This document shows positions 27,101 through 35,820 of a stretch of DNA of 64,000 nt, in pieces. The notes beneath the pieces were generated by a model. The model saw only the letters and a list, made by a program, of their open reading frames with translations. It was not told where the DNA came from and did no database searches. The stretch's first letter is position 1; every line of letters starts with the position of its first letter. Position numbers and translations under genes: made by a program. Source of the stretch: a virus; the IMG/VR virus record IMGVR_UViG_3300045988_174992, one strand, 5' to 3'.

Positions 27101-27619
27101 TTTGTTTGAATTTTCTATTGTGTATCTTAATAGATCTAATTGTTTACTATAATCAGGTATATTTATGACAGGTTTTATTTCAGGTACTTCTACATTCTGT
27201 GATTTTTCCTTTTTTAATTTCTGTTCATTAAAATTAGTCACAATAACTTGCATGCCATCAGATGTCAATATCTTATTTGTATTTTTAATATTTTCAGATA
27301 TTGATTTAGCAAACTGCTGAATATTTGTTTGCTTGGAAGAATAAGATTGATTTTTTGATATGGATTGACCACCAGAAACAAAAGACATTAATGACTTATC
27401 ACTTTCTGAAAGAAGAAGCTGGCTTGGATCAACTAAACCATCAAATATTGCATCTATTCCAGAATAGATCTTATCTATATGATTATTTATATCCTTAGCT
27501 ACGTTTTCTATAATTGAAGATAAGTCACCAGTAATAGAATTATTGTCTTTTTGTGGTATACCTCCAGGTAAGTTTACTCCTTTACTTCTACGTACTGACT
27601 CATCTGATATTTTTGCCAT
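21101..27619 (-). CDS. Tape-measure-like giant protein (2172 aa) with many hydrophobic segments and tandem repeats
   Basis: Size and an alpha-helical, coiled N-terminal third. A central block of hydrophobic helices is encoded at about 23650-25300. Four repeats of about 95 aa (AKGVKDMADLRIPIYG...FTNAAENI...) are encoded at about 22300-23470. The C-terminal part is helical. Confidence 0.55.
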   Translation of the reverse strand: MAKISDESVRRSKGVNLPGGIPQKDNNSITGDLSSIIENVAKDINNHIDKIYSGIDAIFDGLVDPSQLLLSESDKSLMSFVSGGQSISKNQSYSSKQTNIQQFAKSISENIKNTNKILTSDGMQVIVTNFNEQKLKKEKSQNVEVPEIKPVINIPDYSKQLDLLRYTIENSNKIASDNIIKVLTSNTNNQVNSVDLNNIKVKIDDLNFGNDSLEALKTLSDALNSVSKVKYEVKDQNIVQYLTGIDKSISKIDIDNLKKKISKVNKLLTNDFLKLCDAINSASIDSKKTMSQLSNVVELMNAIPSIGEIDKQKMKTLKKNLRSIYWMTTKSNILTGIGITSKGLISAIIENIVARSKEAGQGGFKSVGALSKFIESLVSLGENTNVDRTKIMKTQMALWSLLRIYDTKGPIAYLTLQVKELGDEIFKNNVVGKNNSSLRAIEDIVEDISTIGNDVKFKDVAYTQLIATYALGTTWLYMNIIKSLSKINNDELTKLIGDNGKLSFIMQVVQRLSANESTSKDIKSATKTLIQLTIMMSVANMISKVSKNGIVGISDALVFLDKLDFLGQKIFTMQDSAINDESVPNIMKNCEDVILNLGKIAIVSTIAGMFVDKGKEGVSNMKTMVTQLKYLVNNINNKKNPLTASKDDVSKIESCQKIVESLSKLSFLAAIGGLFASKGQDGIKEYKKVLTNLKSLIKRIQSDGLDINQEDLKKIDNIEKLVEKLTIVSMLGSVMGITAPLSILGFKSMQLSAVAVGKMIDTLNGIEINDDFFNRLKNIGIVVAIASATMLAGAFIGKLVLQRMPEILGFTFALGTFILGVIGAYNLATKGMDEALKQTEKVTRLIYLSGATLLIGAAVMMIPGIFENSFLFTLSLAAFIGAVTFAYTLASERIERTIEISDSFINLIVKSGFILAFGAMVNKFLPTGSVIGFAFSLTLLITGVIGAYTIASNMIEETISSAEEFAWLIGIAGLTLLLPTVYMTKHPILFGTALLFAFELGIFIFLMKLAYSGGDFAANYISGKLGGKLGITQTTEKAIDDAKNFAILVGISGAILLLGAKIMNIDGMFWSAIGFTLTLGLFLGGISLAYYGANKILKGEKGLIMAHEFSNLVVLSAATLLVGGLFMMIPNMAVATISFAGILGGFVAGITLAYGFAGKIINEKTLFLGYALSALVLVSSIALLTGGMLLMNYPDLDINILKFLGLELLLVGGMSFILGMLSKVKRNLKTGALALLGVIVCIGLSGYAMMEIVKLRDNIGSDWGGLLGTIGITIAVLLAFAGGVIGLGYLSAGTGGLGGLALAAGEAALAGIIGCVLLAGKAMQEIIKVMDMASKLERVDTSIITDDIKAMLSIVWELKPFMNPLLDMMIVAASGTIASLGHMMSMLSEGIKDYANLSIPIYGEGGKIIRRRNLTDADFTDAAENIKTIVTIIGGTILDIYKENPTIFSNGMLGDFLGMDTPFTRVVKSCTGMGKMIAKIAEGVKDMAELKIPIYKGTDKVGYRNLTEPDFTNAAENISKIVTTLGYALLDLYNKAPEGMFDSGWLGNMIGVKTPFGRIVTGCTGLGKMISNIAKGVKDMADLRIPIYGADGKQKGTRPLGFKDFKNAAENTQRIVSCLGNSILALKDNPNAEWMFEDQSIVFKDGTCSRFSQIVTALKGIGSLMSETAKGVKDVADLRIQKYDSNGKLLKGQYEKIPIESLRLGGTVYNNVTALMSCIPAAVMAVYDDPHNKVWFEDSGWLNHDGSTSPFAKVKNCLGGLDKLIAENIKSIKSILDLKLDKPKMNNLSAIISLMISSVPNAVMKATMDENQEELKPFFEDAKDNIEKISSSYSSYTELLNNIVSSYSDIFKLKSKFGKEDDIHGLNKIVDAVLTQLPFSMSRAIQKMPNLKDDEFSSIQNQFDIYTDILNDAIKSYKKIIKFKQKLEKETKANAASIVISLSDIPKEMVRGISETFVNLDSKGLSKNILMFGPMMVDYYNGMKMLFDVYDKAPKDTSKYDNVINAVKGINVEISKVKNTSQFRTETQDVSKFTRSINTLDVAKAQTMTNLITALDQMARRLGGLDKLTNTLANKLAVVLDKLVRELKISAKTINQADEMQKKRHAAIKDSISKISTLLNKPVEVNVKQVQDTENPNMQYSDTSTGNGQNSAERDETPAGDNPLNSKTQSTE
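22300..23470 (-). repeat. Four in-frame tandem repeats of about 280-285 nt inside the tape-measure-like gene
   Basis: The recurring peptide (A/S)(K/E)G(V/I)KD(M/V/Y)A(D/E/N)L(R/K/S)I(P/Q)(I/K)Y is encoded near 22575-22615, 22855-22900, 23140-23180 and 23417-23458. Confidence 0.7.
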
Positions 27620-27645
27620 GTTAATTATTTGATTTCTTACTTTTA

Positions 27646-27661
27646 TTTCTTATATAAAAAT
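27646..27661 (-). promoter_or_regulatory. Late-type motif
   Basis: Minus strand ATTTTTATATAAGAAA, directly after terminator 27665-27690 and 26 nt before the tape-measure-like ATG. Confidence 0.45.
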
Positions 27662-27664
27662 TAA

Positions 27665-27690
27665 AAGGGAAGAACTATAGTTCTTCCCTT
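27665..27690 (-). terminator. Intrinsic terminator after the 1277-aa fibre gene
   Basis: 11-bp stem AAGGGAAGAAC / GTTCTTCCCTT with a 4-nt loop, then TTAATTTTT on the minus strand. Confidence 0.8.
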
Positions 27691-27715
27691 CATATATATT
27701 ATTTCATTATAAAAA

Positions 27716-30700
27716 CTATCCATTATAATAAGATTTACCATAACAATACAAGTGAACTGTTTTCTCAGTACCACCAGTGATATTGTTTTTAACATTTGCA
27801 GTTGATATATTAGGTATTGTAAGTTTATATGTATATTTTGCATCACCTTTATTTGTTCCACTTGTACCTATTACTGCCGTTAATTTTTTTGATGTACTGT
27901 TCAAAATAGAAGAAATAGGATAATCTGAAGTGATATCTTTTACTTTGGATCCAGATTTAGCTGTGACTTTATAATTATCGATCCAAGCAGATGTATTATA
28001 AGTTTTATCATTATCAAATGCTGTTATCGTTTTATCATCACTACATCTAAATTCACCTTCAAATACAATATCTGTTGCAAGAATCTTTGTCGACCAAGTA
28101 ATGGTATCAGAGGATTCTTCTGTATCAAACCACATTACTGTTACCTTACATGAAATACTTTCTGTATAATCTGTTTTGGACATCTTTGGGGTAACAACCC
28201 AATTAATTAATGTTGCTGTACTACCATTATCCCATTCGTTATCAGGGTATCCAACTATAATATTATGTTCTACTAAATGTCCATCATGACCTTCATTCTG
28301 ATAATATTTATCAGAAGTAAAAACACCTTCATCATAAGCATAAACACTATCTTTCATACCTTTTACATAAGCCTTTAATTTCCATTTTGCTGTAATAGAT
28401 CCTGAAACAGATGGACATACAATATATGTCCTTCTTGTATCTAAACCACTAATTTTTTCAGGTATTTCCTTATCCATATGTAATGTATTATTACTTAAAA
28501 CAAGATTCCTACTGATAACTTCTTTAATACTGTTATAAAAACCAGGATTTCCTACAACAATAGTAGGACCATATTTATACCAATTTTTATACATTGTATT
28601 TGGGTCTGACCCATCACCATGTAAATCTGACTCGGTAACTTCTATAAAATAATCAGATTTAGAATAATCTACTCTTATATTAGTTTCGTCATACTTTATT
28701 GATTTAGAACCAAAACCATTATTTCCATCTGTTCTTTCTACATATACACTATTATCATTTCCAGCATATCCTCCAGTATTTGATTCAACTTTATAATATA
28801 CTAATGATGAATCATAACTTGGCTTACCTCTTGTGATTTTAAATGGATTATCAAATAATCCTACACCATTCCTTTTTTCAACAGATGGAGAAGATGCCGT
28901 AGCAGAAGCAGCATTACCACTAACATTTATGGATAATTTAGAAGATTCTGATGATATTTCTGTCCAATCTCCATTTGCTGTGGATCTAGAATACCATTTT
29001 ATTGATGGTGTTACTGTTGAATCTCCTGGTATACTGACTGTAATCTTATCTTTGTTTAAACTATATTTTCCAAGATTTGTACCAGTGGCATTTAATGTTA
29101 AGCCTACATCAACAGAACTATTTGCTTTCCACCATAAAGTTTCTGCATTATCATTTGTGGTAATTGTTAATTTATCATTAGAACCATTCTTTTCTGCAGT
29201 AAAACTACTAATAATATTGTTTGTATGACCAGTGGTACCTCTTGGAATATTTAAGCTATGAGTTTTAGTATCTGATATAGATAATGATGTACCTATCAAG
29301 TTTACATATTTATTATTAACCGCATTTGGATTAGTATAAGATAATGAAACTGTACAATTTATTGTTTCACCACTTTGTGAAAATCCTGATATAGTTGTTT
29401 TTTCTAAAGTAGTTTTAGAATCTGAACTTTTTAATGTAACACTAGCATTTCTACTAACAGCCTCATGAGCTTTACTAATCTTTACATCATATATATTACT
29501 ATTAGTTGTATCAGTAACTGTAATTTCATCAACAGATGTTCTGTTAGGATCAGCATTTAAAGTCATCTTGTTTGGATTATACCGAGTATAATTACTATAG
29601 TCATTATAATTGAATGTACAACTATTTGTCACGGTAAGCCAATCCGATGATGATACACCAGATATTGTCAATGGATTATAGGTCATTTCTGATCCTTGAG
29701 GAATTCCAGCTTGAGTAACTGTTATTTCTGAACTGTTTACATTAGTAATCTGCTTACTATTTTGTGTAGTATCAGGTGTAAACTTCAGTTTCCATTTTAT
29801 ATCATCTACTTTCTTAGAATATCCTGGAATAAATGTAAGAGTTTCTGGATATAATGATATAAGACTTTTAGATTCTCCTGAAATTCCAAATGTTTTATTT
29901 GCAGATTCTTCTACTTTTATTTTACCAGAAACTGATATGTTAGTTAAAGAAGCAGATATGGTACCAAATCTATAGCCAAATTCATTATTTCCTTTACTTA
30001 ATGTTACGTTGCTTAAGCTTGTTGAATAATCATTAGAGGATAATTGTCTTATCTTGAATGATGCTGGATTACTTTGATCTATTTTATCTGTTTGTGGGTT
30101 TTCACATGTTATTGACAATTTACCAACAACAGTAGGGTTTGGTATCCAACTAGACCCAGCTTGTGTAACCGTTGTATCTATAGAAGGATTTGAAACATTA
30201 AAGTTAGTATAATAATTACCGGATACTTTAGTATTTACAGTTATATTTCGATCACTCGTATTGACGGCTGGCGTCATAGATAAACCACTAATGTTAAATG
30301 TTCCAGTTTTATATATTGGCTTTGGATTATTTATGCTTGATATAGATGGGGTACCAGTTATACTACCAATTGTACCACTATTATCTTTAACTGTAATTAT
30401 ATATTTATTTTGATAAGAATATTGTTGGTAACCATTATTATCTTTTTTAGCATTAACAGTAGTAGACACTATTCTTGTACCAGAAACATATTCAGAACCT
30501 GATGTTATTTTCCAAGAATAAGTCAATTCTGGATCTTTAGGATCATCTATGGTGCCACCGTCTTGGTAAATAGTAAATGACCCTGATAGTGTACCAGAAT
30601 TACCACTAGAAGAAGTGTTATAATCTGTTAATGAATAAGTTATAGTAGCATTTCTTGGATTTGAAGTAGAATTTGACTTATCTGTATTTGTTGTTACAAA

Positions 30701-31549
30701 TGCTTTACCATTATTATCAGAAGTAAATGTTACAGATCCTGCATGAGTATTAGATATAGAATTTCCATTAGAATCCTTATCTATATTGTAGTGAACTGTA
30801 TGTTTACCTGATATATCACCATATAATACTGACGGAGAATTGTCACTTATTATAAGATAATGGGCATTGCTACCAGTAGAGATATCTCCTGATGAAGAAG
30901 TAATAGATATGTTGTTACTTGTACTCCCATTTGCCGTTTGAAAAGATACCCAATTTACTGGAGAGTTTGCTGTGAATACAGTATAAGGAGCATCATAGTT
31001 ATAATATCCTTGAGCAACACCCTTTATTTGTTTGTTATCTCCTGCGAAAGAAGATGCGGTATTGAATACAACTTCTTTATTATTATTCCCATCTAATCCA
31101 TTTACTCTTATATTAGCATCAAAATAACGTAAACCAGCTAAGATTCTAGAAGGATTGAAATTGTTAGTTCCCTTTAATTGATGACTAGTAGAAGTATATG
31201 TTACTGGATTGTTAGATTTACCTTCTGTACCACCGTTAAACCAACTTAGCAACCCATAATTAAGAGAAGTTGTTTTTATTGGATGAGTACCAACATTTGA
31301 CTTGAGTTTCCAATCTATTCTATAAGTTTTACTTGTACTATTTATGACTTTATCATAATTGACACTATTGTTGTGTGTCTTAGAATAATCAGAATTTGAA
31401 GAAAATCCTGTATTGGATATAGTAATATTATTTGCACCAACAGTATTAACTACTCTAGCTAATGCATCAATAGCTGGTTGACCATTCATTGTAAATGGTA
31501 AATTTTTGTTAGAATCTCTAAATTTTGGGTTGCCATATTCTGTTGCCAT
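27716..31549 (-). CDS. Tail fibre / adhesin-like protein (1277 aa) with repeated Ig/BACON-like modules
   Basis: S/T/N-rich beta-type composition. Recurrent module-end motifs: TVTQAGSSW, ITVTQAGIPQG, FSQSGETI, IYQDGGT. A strong terminator follows. Confidence 0.5.
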   Translation of the reverse strand: MATEYGNPKFRDSNKNLPFTMNGQPAIDALARVVNTVGANNITISNTGFSSNSDYSKTHNNSVNYDKVINSTSKTYRIDWKLKSNVGTHPIKTTSLNYGLLSWFNGGTEGKSNNPVTYTSTSHQLKGTNNFNPSRILAGLRYFDANIRVNGLDGNNNKEVVFNTASSFAGDNKQIKGVAQGYYNYDAPYTVFTANSPVNWVSFQTANGSTSNNISITSSSGDISTGSNAHYLIISDNSPSVLYGDISGKHTVHYNIDKDSNGNSISNTHAGSVTFTSDNNGKAFVTTNTDKSNSTSNPRNATITYSLTDYNTSSSGNSGTLSGSFTIYQDGGTIDDPKDPELTYSWKITSGSEYVSGTRIVSTTVNAKKDNNGYQQYSYQNKYIITVKDNSGTIGSITGTPSISSINNPKPIYKTGTFNISGLSMTPAVNTSDRNITVNTKVSGNYYTNFNVSNPSIDTTVTQAGSSWIPNPTVVGKLSITCENPQTDKIDQSNPASFKIRQLSSNDYSTSLSNVTLSKGNNEFGYRFGTISASLTNISVSGKIKVEESANKTFGISGESKSLISLYPETLTFIPGYSKKVDDIKWKLKFTPDTTQNSKQITNVNSSEITVTQAGIPQGSEMTYNPLTISGVSSSDWLTVTNSCTFNYNDYSNYTRYNPNKMTLNADPNRTSVDEITVTDTTNSNIYDVKISKAHEAVSRNASVTLKSSDSKTTLEKTTISGFSQSGETINCTVSLSYTNPNAVNNKYVNLIGTSLSISDTKTHSLNIPRGTTGHTNNIISSFTAEKNGSNDKLTITTNDNAETLWWKANSSVDVGLTLNATGTNLGKYSLNKDKITVSIPGDSTVTPSIKWYSRSTANGDWTEISSESSKLSINVSGNAASATASSPSVEKRNGVGLFDNPFKITRGKPSYDSSLVYYKVESNTGGYAGNDNSVYVERTDGNNGFGSKSIKYDETNIRVDYSKSDYFIEVTESDLHGDGSDPNTMYKNWYKYGPTIVVGNPGFYNSIKEVISRNLVLSNNTLHMDKEIPEKISGLDTRRTYIVCPSVSGSITAKWKLKAYVKGMKDSVYAYDEGVFTSDKYYQNEGHDGHLVEHNIIVGYPDNEWDNGSTATLINWVVTPKMSKTDYTESISCKVTVMWFDTEESSDTITWSTKILATDIVFEGEFRCSDDKTITAFDNDKTYNTSAWIDNYKVTAKSGSKVKDITSDYPISSILNSTSKKLTAVIGTSGTNKGDAKYTYKLTIPNISTANVKNNITGGTEKTVHLYCYGKSYYNG

Positions 31550-31559
31550 TTTTAAAATA

Positions 31560-33080
31560 CTAATTCTTTTTTTCTGTAGTATATCTTTCTTGTCTCATAT
31601 ACCCAGGACATGTATCTTTATTTATATTTACTTTTACAGTAAGATTTATGTTCCAAGGAGTTGTAGACCTCATTCTCTTTATTCTGAATGTTGTTGAAAC
31701 ATCACAGAATTCTGCATTTGATGGTGTATCTATATTACTTTCTGATTGGGACATATAACCAGATTGTGCCCAGTTCTTCCCATCTATTCCAACTATATCA
31801 GAATCATTTTTCTTATTGTTTGGATTTGTCGAGTTGTTATAATCATCTGAAGTGTAACCTACATAATATTTCTCTATTGGATAATTTGTATTGTTATCTT
31901 CATTATTTATATATTTAGGGTATAGCAATATTCTTATTATCTTATCAGCAGATTTCCCATTAGCTATTTGTACTCCATAATTAGATAAGAATCTATTTCT
32001 ATCTGTTCCACTTATTTCAACGGTTATAGCATTAGTTGTCAATACATCTGGTACTGATGCACTTAAATTCTTTATAGCTTGATATCTTGTTGAATTTTTA
32101 TGGGAGTCATTCCAAAATATTGTATTTCCACCATCAGGTGATATTCCAAGCTCTATGTGCAAATATACACCTACATTCAATTCATTATATTCACAATTAT
32201 CATTGGTAATAGCATTACCATTTACATCAACCCAATTTGCATGACAATAATAAAGAATATTAGGTTTTTGCCACCAAGAAGCTAATTTTATGGAATTTCC
32301 AAGCTTTAGTAAATTTATAGTTTCTCCAATCTTAGTATAAATCTTAGATATGATTATCATACCATATCTGTTGTTTGTTGAGTTGTTAGGATTAACTGTG
32401 AAATGTGTCCAAAAATCCTCTGTAGATTTATAGCAAGGTGTGTATTTATAATCATCGGTATAATCAACTATATAATTGCCATTATCATCATAAATACATT
32501 TATAAAATTCATCTGGTTGATTAGGTTTTACTCTATACTTGTTTATTATAATATTATCTGTAGAAACCTTATAATTTTTAAATTCTTTTTCGTAAAGTTT
32601 TTTAACTTTATCAATATCATCATTTGAAAAATCTGTAGATGCTTCTATTGTACCTGCACTATCAACATTCCCAGGTAATTTTATTGAATCTATGGATCCA
32701 ATTTTAATATCATTAGCATCATTTGGTCCTATTACCAATATTTGCAATTCAGGTCTATGCCATAATGATGTTTCTCTATCAATCAAATTCATATATCCAT
32801 TACCACCATTAGGATCAAATTCATGAATTTTATCACTAGAAGAATTGTCAGGAATTGGTTTGTTTCCTTGAATACCTCCTAAATCATCTTTTGTATCCCA
32901 ATGAAATGATAATGTATTCTCTAAGCAATTGACATTAAATGAAGGCCATATTCTTTTTTTATCATATTTTAATTCATATCCATATCCATTATCTCCATTA
33001 GATTTATATCTCATCTGATGTACTTCATCAGATGATGTTTTCTTTCTATATATGAATCTACCATTTCGTATAACTACCAT
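31560..33080 (-). CDS. Hypothetical tail-fibre-module protein (506 aa)
   Basis: Long ORF packed between two fibre-like genes. No motif recognised. Confidence 0.4.
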   Translation of the reverse strand: MVVIRNGRFIYRKKTSSDEVHQMRYKSNGDNGYGYELKYDKKRIWPSFNVNCLENTLSFHWDTKDDLGGIQGNKPIPDNSSSDKIHEFDPNGGNGYMNLIDRETSLWHRPELQILVIGPNDANDIKIGSIDSIKLPGNVDSAGTIEASTDFSNDDIDKVKKLYEKEFKNYKVSTDNIIINKYRVKPNQPDEFYKCIYDDNGNYIVDYTDDYKYTPCYKSTEDFWTHFTVNPNNSTNNRYGMIIISKIYTKIGETINLLKLGNSIKLASWWQKPNILYYCHANWVDVNGNAITNDNCEYNELNVGVYLHIELGISPDGGNTIFWNDSHKNSTRYQAIKNLSASVPDVLTTNAITVEISGTDRNRFLSNYGVQIANGKSADKIIRILLYPKYINNEDNNTNYPIEKYYVGYTSDDYNNSTNPNNKKNDSDIVGIDGKNWAQSGYMSQSESNIDTPSNAEFCDVSTTFRIKRMRSTTPWNINLTVKVNINKDTCPGYMRQERYTTEKKN

Positions 33081-33100
33081 ATCCTTATATTAAGTCAATT

Positions 33101-35707
33101 TTATTTGTTTCTTATGATGAATATTGTATTAACATCATTAGAGAGAGAACCGAGACCAGCAAAATCAGTTGTATTACCAGACCAAACATAGCTAAAGTTA
33201 GAGTCACCACCACGTCCGGTGAATTTAGGACTATAATTAGCATTGTAAAGAATACCTTGGGTATATTGCTTGAATTTTTCTTCAACTTTTCTGTTTACTA
33301 TATCATCCATCTGATCTATACTTATGAAATCATTTCTTGTAGAAGCATCACCATCATATATGAAATACAAAGTATTTGGGTCTACTTGTTTGATCTTTAT
33401 ATAATCAGCATATTCACCTTTCCACATATAAGTAGGACCAGTACCATTCAATATAGAAGTAACTATTGGTTTCTTATCTATGAATGCAATACCATCTAAT
33501 GTTGGTGCTCTCTTTATTTCAAAAGCATTTGATCGATCTATATTGTTTGTTCCCCAACCAACTGAGAATAATGTATTATCTGATGATTTATTCCAGTTAC
33601 CAGAAGCATGCTCACCAGGATTTCTTGTTTCAGTACCTAATCCTTCAGCATGAGAATAACTTGCTCCAGTATGGCAATAAGTACCCCATCCTTCTGCATG
33701 ACAGAAATAAGCATAAGCATTATTTGGAGAACCATAAGTATCACCGTAATTATTGAAATATTCTGCACCAGTAAACATTGGCTTTAATACTTCGGGATTT
33801 TCTGGATCATTTATCAATGGATAGAAATTTTTTCTACCAGCAGAATTTCTCATAACATAAGTAACTGTTGCTACCTGTGCTAGTTGTCTTCTAGTAATAC
33901 AGTAAGATGATTCATTGTTTGCAACAGTAGAATAAGGATAGTCTTCTACATAATCCCAAGTGTATATTCCTTTATAAAGATAGCTTATTCCGTTCTCTCT
34001 TACATCTAAAGCATTTGATTCTCCATTAACATCACCATTACCTATCATAAATATGGTGTTTTGCTTTTCTAACTTAGGTGTATCAGTATAAGAACGTGTA
34101 TATCTACCAAAACCAACTTCATAAGGAGATTGTAGTGTTATATTAGAACCATGAGCAAACCCATAAGTTGCATTTTCTTCAACTCTGATGTTATAACCAG
34201 AAACATTGACAAAATCTATTCCTTTTTGATTATTTTCAATGTCTCCACTGTTTATTTCTAATAAACTACCTCTTAAAACAGAATAATTTGCATAACTATT
34301 TATAAATTTTCCATTTACTTCAGAGTATATACCCTTTACACTATTTAAAGTACCATAGATTACTACATTTTCACTGTTTGTATATACAGTATTTTCATTA
34401 CCACCAACATGAACATATTTTGTATCACCTATACTCTTTCCTATTCTATTTGCATATCCTTCTATATGGCTTGTATAGGCATAAGTTAGATGGCCAACAC
34501 CTTCTATGTGAGATTCTTTACCAAAATTATTTGAATCTTTTCCTTCTACATGTGAATTTATAGCATAATTCTTATTATTCAATCCTTCTATATGTGAATA
34601 GTGAGAATTAGTTATTATACCTATATTTCCACCATTTACATTATTATCACCTTCTACATGAGAAGATTTTGAAAATGATATTCTATTGTTTGATCCTTCA
34701 ATATGTGAAGAATCAGACAATGCATTTATTGTATTAGTGTTTCCTTCAGCATGTGCATAAGGAGAATATACTTCAGTTTCAGCCCCTTCAGTATGAGAAT
34801 CCTCTCCTGCAGCTATAGTATGATTTCCTTCTGCATGAGAATTCTTACTTCTAGCTTCTGTATTGTAACCTTCTGAATGAGAATTTTCTCCTGATGCTTT
34901 TGTTATATTGCCTTCTGCATGGGTATTAGTAGATGTTGCTTGAGATTTGTAACCTTCAGCATGGCCATTTTCACCAACAACTAAAGTATTGTTACCTTCT
35001 GAATGGGCATTCTTTGCTCTGACTATTGTATTCAAACCTTCAGCATGTCCATTTTCACCAGTATTTTCTACTATTGTAGTATTTCCTTCAGCATGAGCAT
35101 TCTTTGCACTTATAGTTGTATTGTAACCTTCAGCATGGCTATTTTCAGCTTCAGGTTCTACTTTAGTTATATTACCTTCTGAATGTGATCCTTTGGCTTT
35201 TGCATAAGTATTGTTTCCTTCAGCATGAGAATCTTCTCCTATTGCATAAGTAATGAATCCTTCTGTATGAGAATTTCTGCCTTGTGCTTCAGATTTATCA
35301 CCTTCAGCATGAGAGTTCATTCCTCTAGAATAAGAAGAATTACCTTCAGCATGAGAATTCTCTCCTAATGAATAAGAAGAATTGCCTTCAACATGTCCAT
35401 TAACTCCATTTACAAATGTTTTGTATCCTTCTGCATGAGAATAATTTGATTTAGCAATAGTGCTATATCCTTCTGCATGGGAATATGCACCAAGTGCTAT
35501 ATTATTCTGAAGATCATTGAATATTTCACCATACGATAATGTACCTGGATATACATTACCAAATGGCATACCTTGGTGCCATATAGTACGATGGTTTACA
35601 TCAAATATCAATGAATCCCAATAAGAATATATCATCTTATCAGGAACAAAGCTATCATTTTTATAATCTGTACCGTGTATGTATGTGTAAAAAAGCTTGT
35701 TTGCCAT
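33101..35707 (-). CDS. Tail fibre / spike protein with about 25-30 tandem 14-residue SHAEG repeats
   Basis: 868 aa. Residues about 75-440 form a continuous xxSHAEGxxTxAxG repeat (NSHAEGY.., NAHAEGN.., SSHIEGS..). This periodicity is typical of beta-roll/beta-helix heads such as YadA-like heads. Two further HAEG copies lie near the C-terminal third. Confidence 0.6.
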   Translation of the reverse strand: MANKLFYTYIHGTDYKNDSFVPDKMIYSYWDSLIFDVNHRTIWHQGMPFGNVYPGTLSYGEIFNDLQNNIALGAYSHAEGYSTIAKSNYSHAEGYKTFVNGVNGHVEGNSSYSLGENSHAEGNSSYSRGMNSHAEGDKSEAQGRNSHTEGFITYAIGEDSHAEGNNTYAKAKGSHSEGNITKVEPEAENSHAEGYNTTISAKNAHAEGNTTIVENTGENGHAEGLNTIVRAKNAHSEGNNTLVVGENGHAEGYKSQATSTNTHAEGNITKASGENSHSEGYNTEARSKNSHAEGNHTIAAGEDSHTEGAETEVYSPYAHAEGNTNTINALSDSSHIEGSNNRISFSKSSHVEGDNNVNGGNIGIITNSHYSHIEGLNNKNYAINSHVEGKDSNNFGKESHIEGVGHLTYAYTSHIEGYANRIGKSIGDTKYVHVGGNENTVYTNSENVVIYGTLNSVKGIYSEVNGKFINSYANYSVLRGSLLEINSGDIENNQKGIDFVNVSGYNIRVEENATYGFAHGSNITLQSPYEVGFGRYTRSYTDTPKLEKQNTIFMIGNGDVNGESNALDVRENGISYLYKGIYTWDYVEDYPYSTVANNESSYCITRRQLAQVATVTYVMRNSAGRKNFYPLINDPENPEVLKPMFTGAEYFNNYGDTYGSPNNAYAYFCHAEGWGTYCHTGASYSHAEGLGTETRNPGEHASGNWNKSSDNTLFSVGWGTNNIDRSNAFEIKRAPTLDGIAFIDKKPIVTSILNGTGPTYMWKGEYADYIKIKQVDPNTLYFIYDGDASTRNDFISIDQMDDIVNRKVEEKFKQYTQGILYNANYSPKFTGRGGDSNFSYVWSGNTTDFAGLGSLSNDVNTIFIIRNK
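34390..35490 (-). repeat. Coding tandem array of 42-nt (14-aa) SHAEG repeats
   Basis: The repeated GCATG(A/G)GA... / SHAEG codon blocks are visible throughout. Coordinates are approximate. Confidence 0.65.
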
Positions 35708-35730
35708 TTTATATATGCTTTATAATCTAT

Positions 35731-35746
35731 GCTTATATCTAAAAAT
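35731..35746 (-). promoter_or_regulatory. Late-type motif
   Basis: Minus strand ATTTTTAGATATAAGC, directly after terminator 35753-35772 and 23 nt before the SHAEG-fibre ATG. Confidence 0.45.
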
Positions 35747-35752
35747 AAAAAT

Positions 35753-35772
35753 GGGAAGCATTCCTGCTTCCC
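35753..35772 (-). terminator. Intrinsic terminator after the GT2 gene
   Basis: GGGAAGCA / TGCTTCCC stem with a 4-nt loop, then ATTTTTATTTTT on the minus strand. Confidence 0.8.
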
Positions 35773-35781
35773 ACCAATATA

Positions 35782-35820
35782 GATTATTTACATAAATTAT
35801 TTACATAGATTATTTACATA
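35782..35820. repeat. Three tandem 13-nt repeats (R)ATTATTTACATA
   Basis: Units at 35783-35794, 35796-35807 and 35809-35820. The last unit overlaps the GT2 stop codon. Confidence 0.7.
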
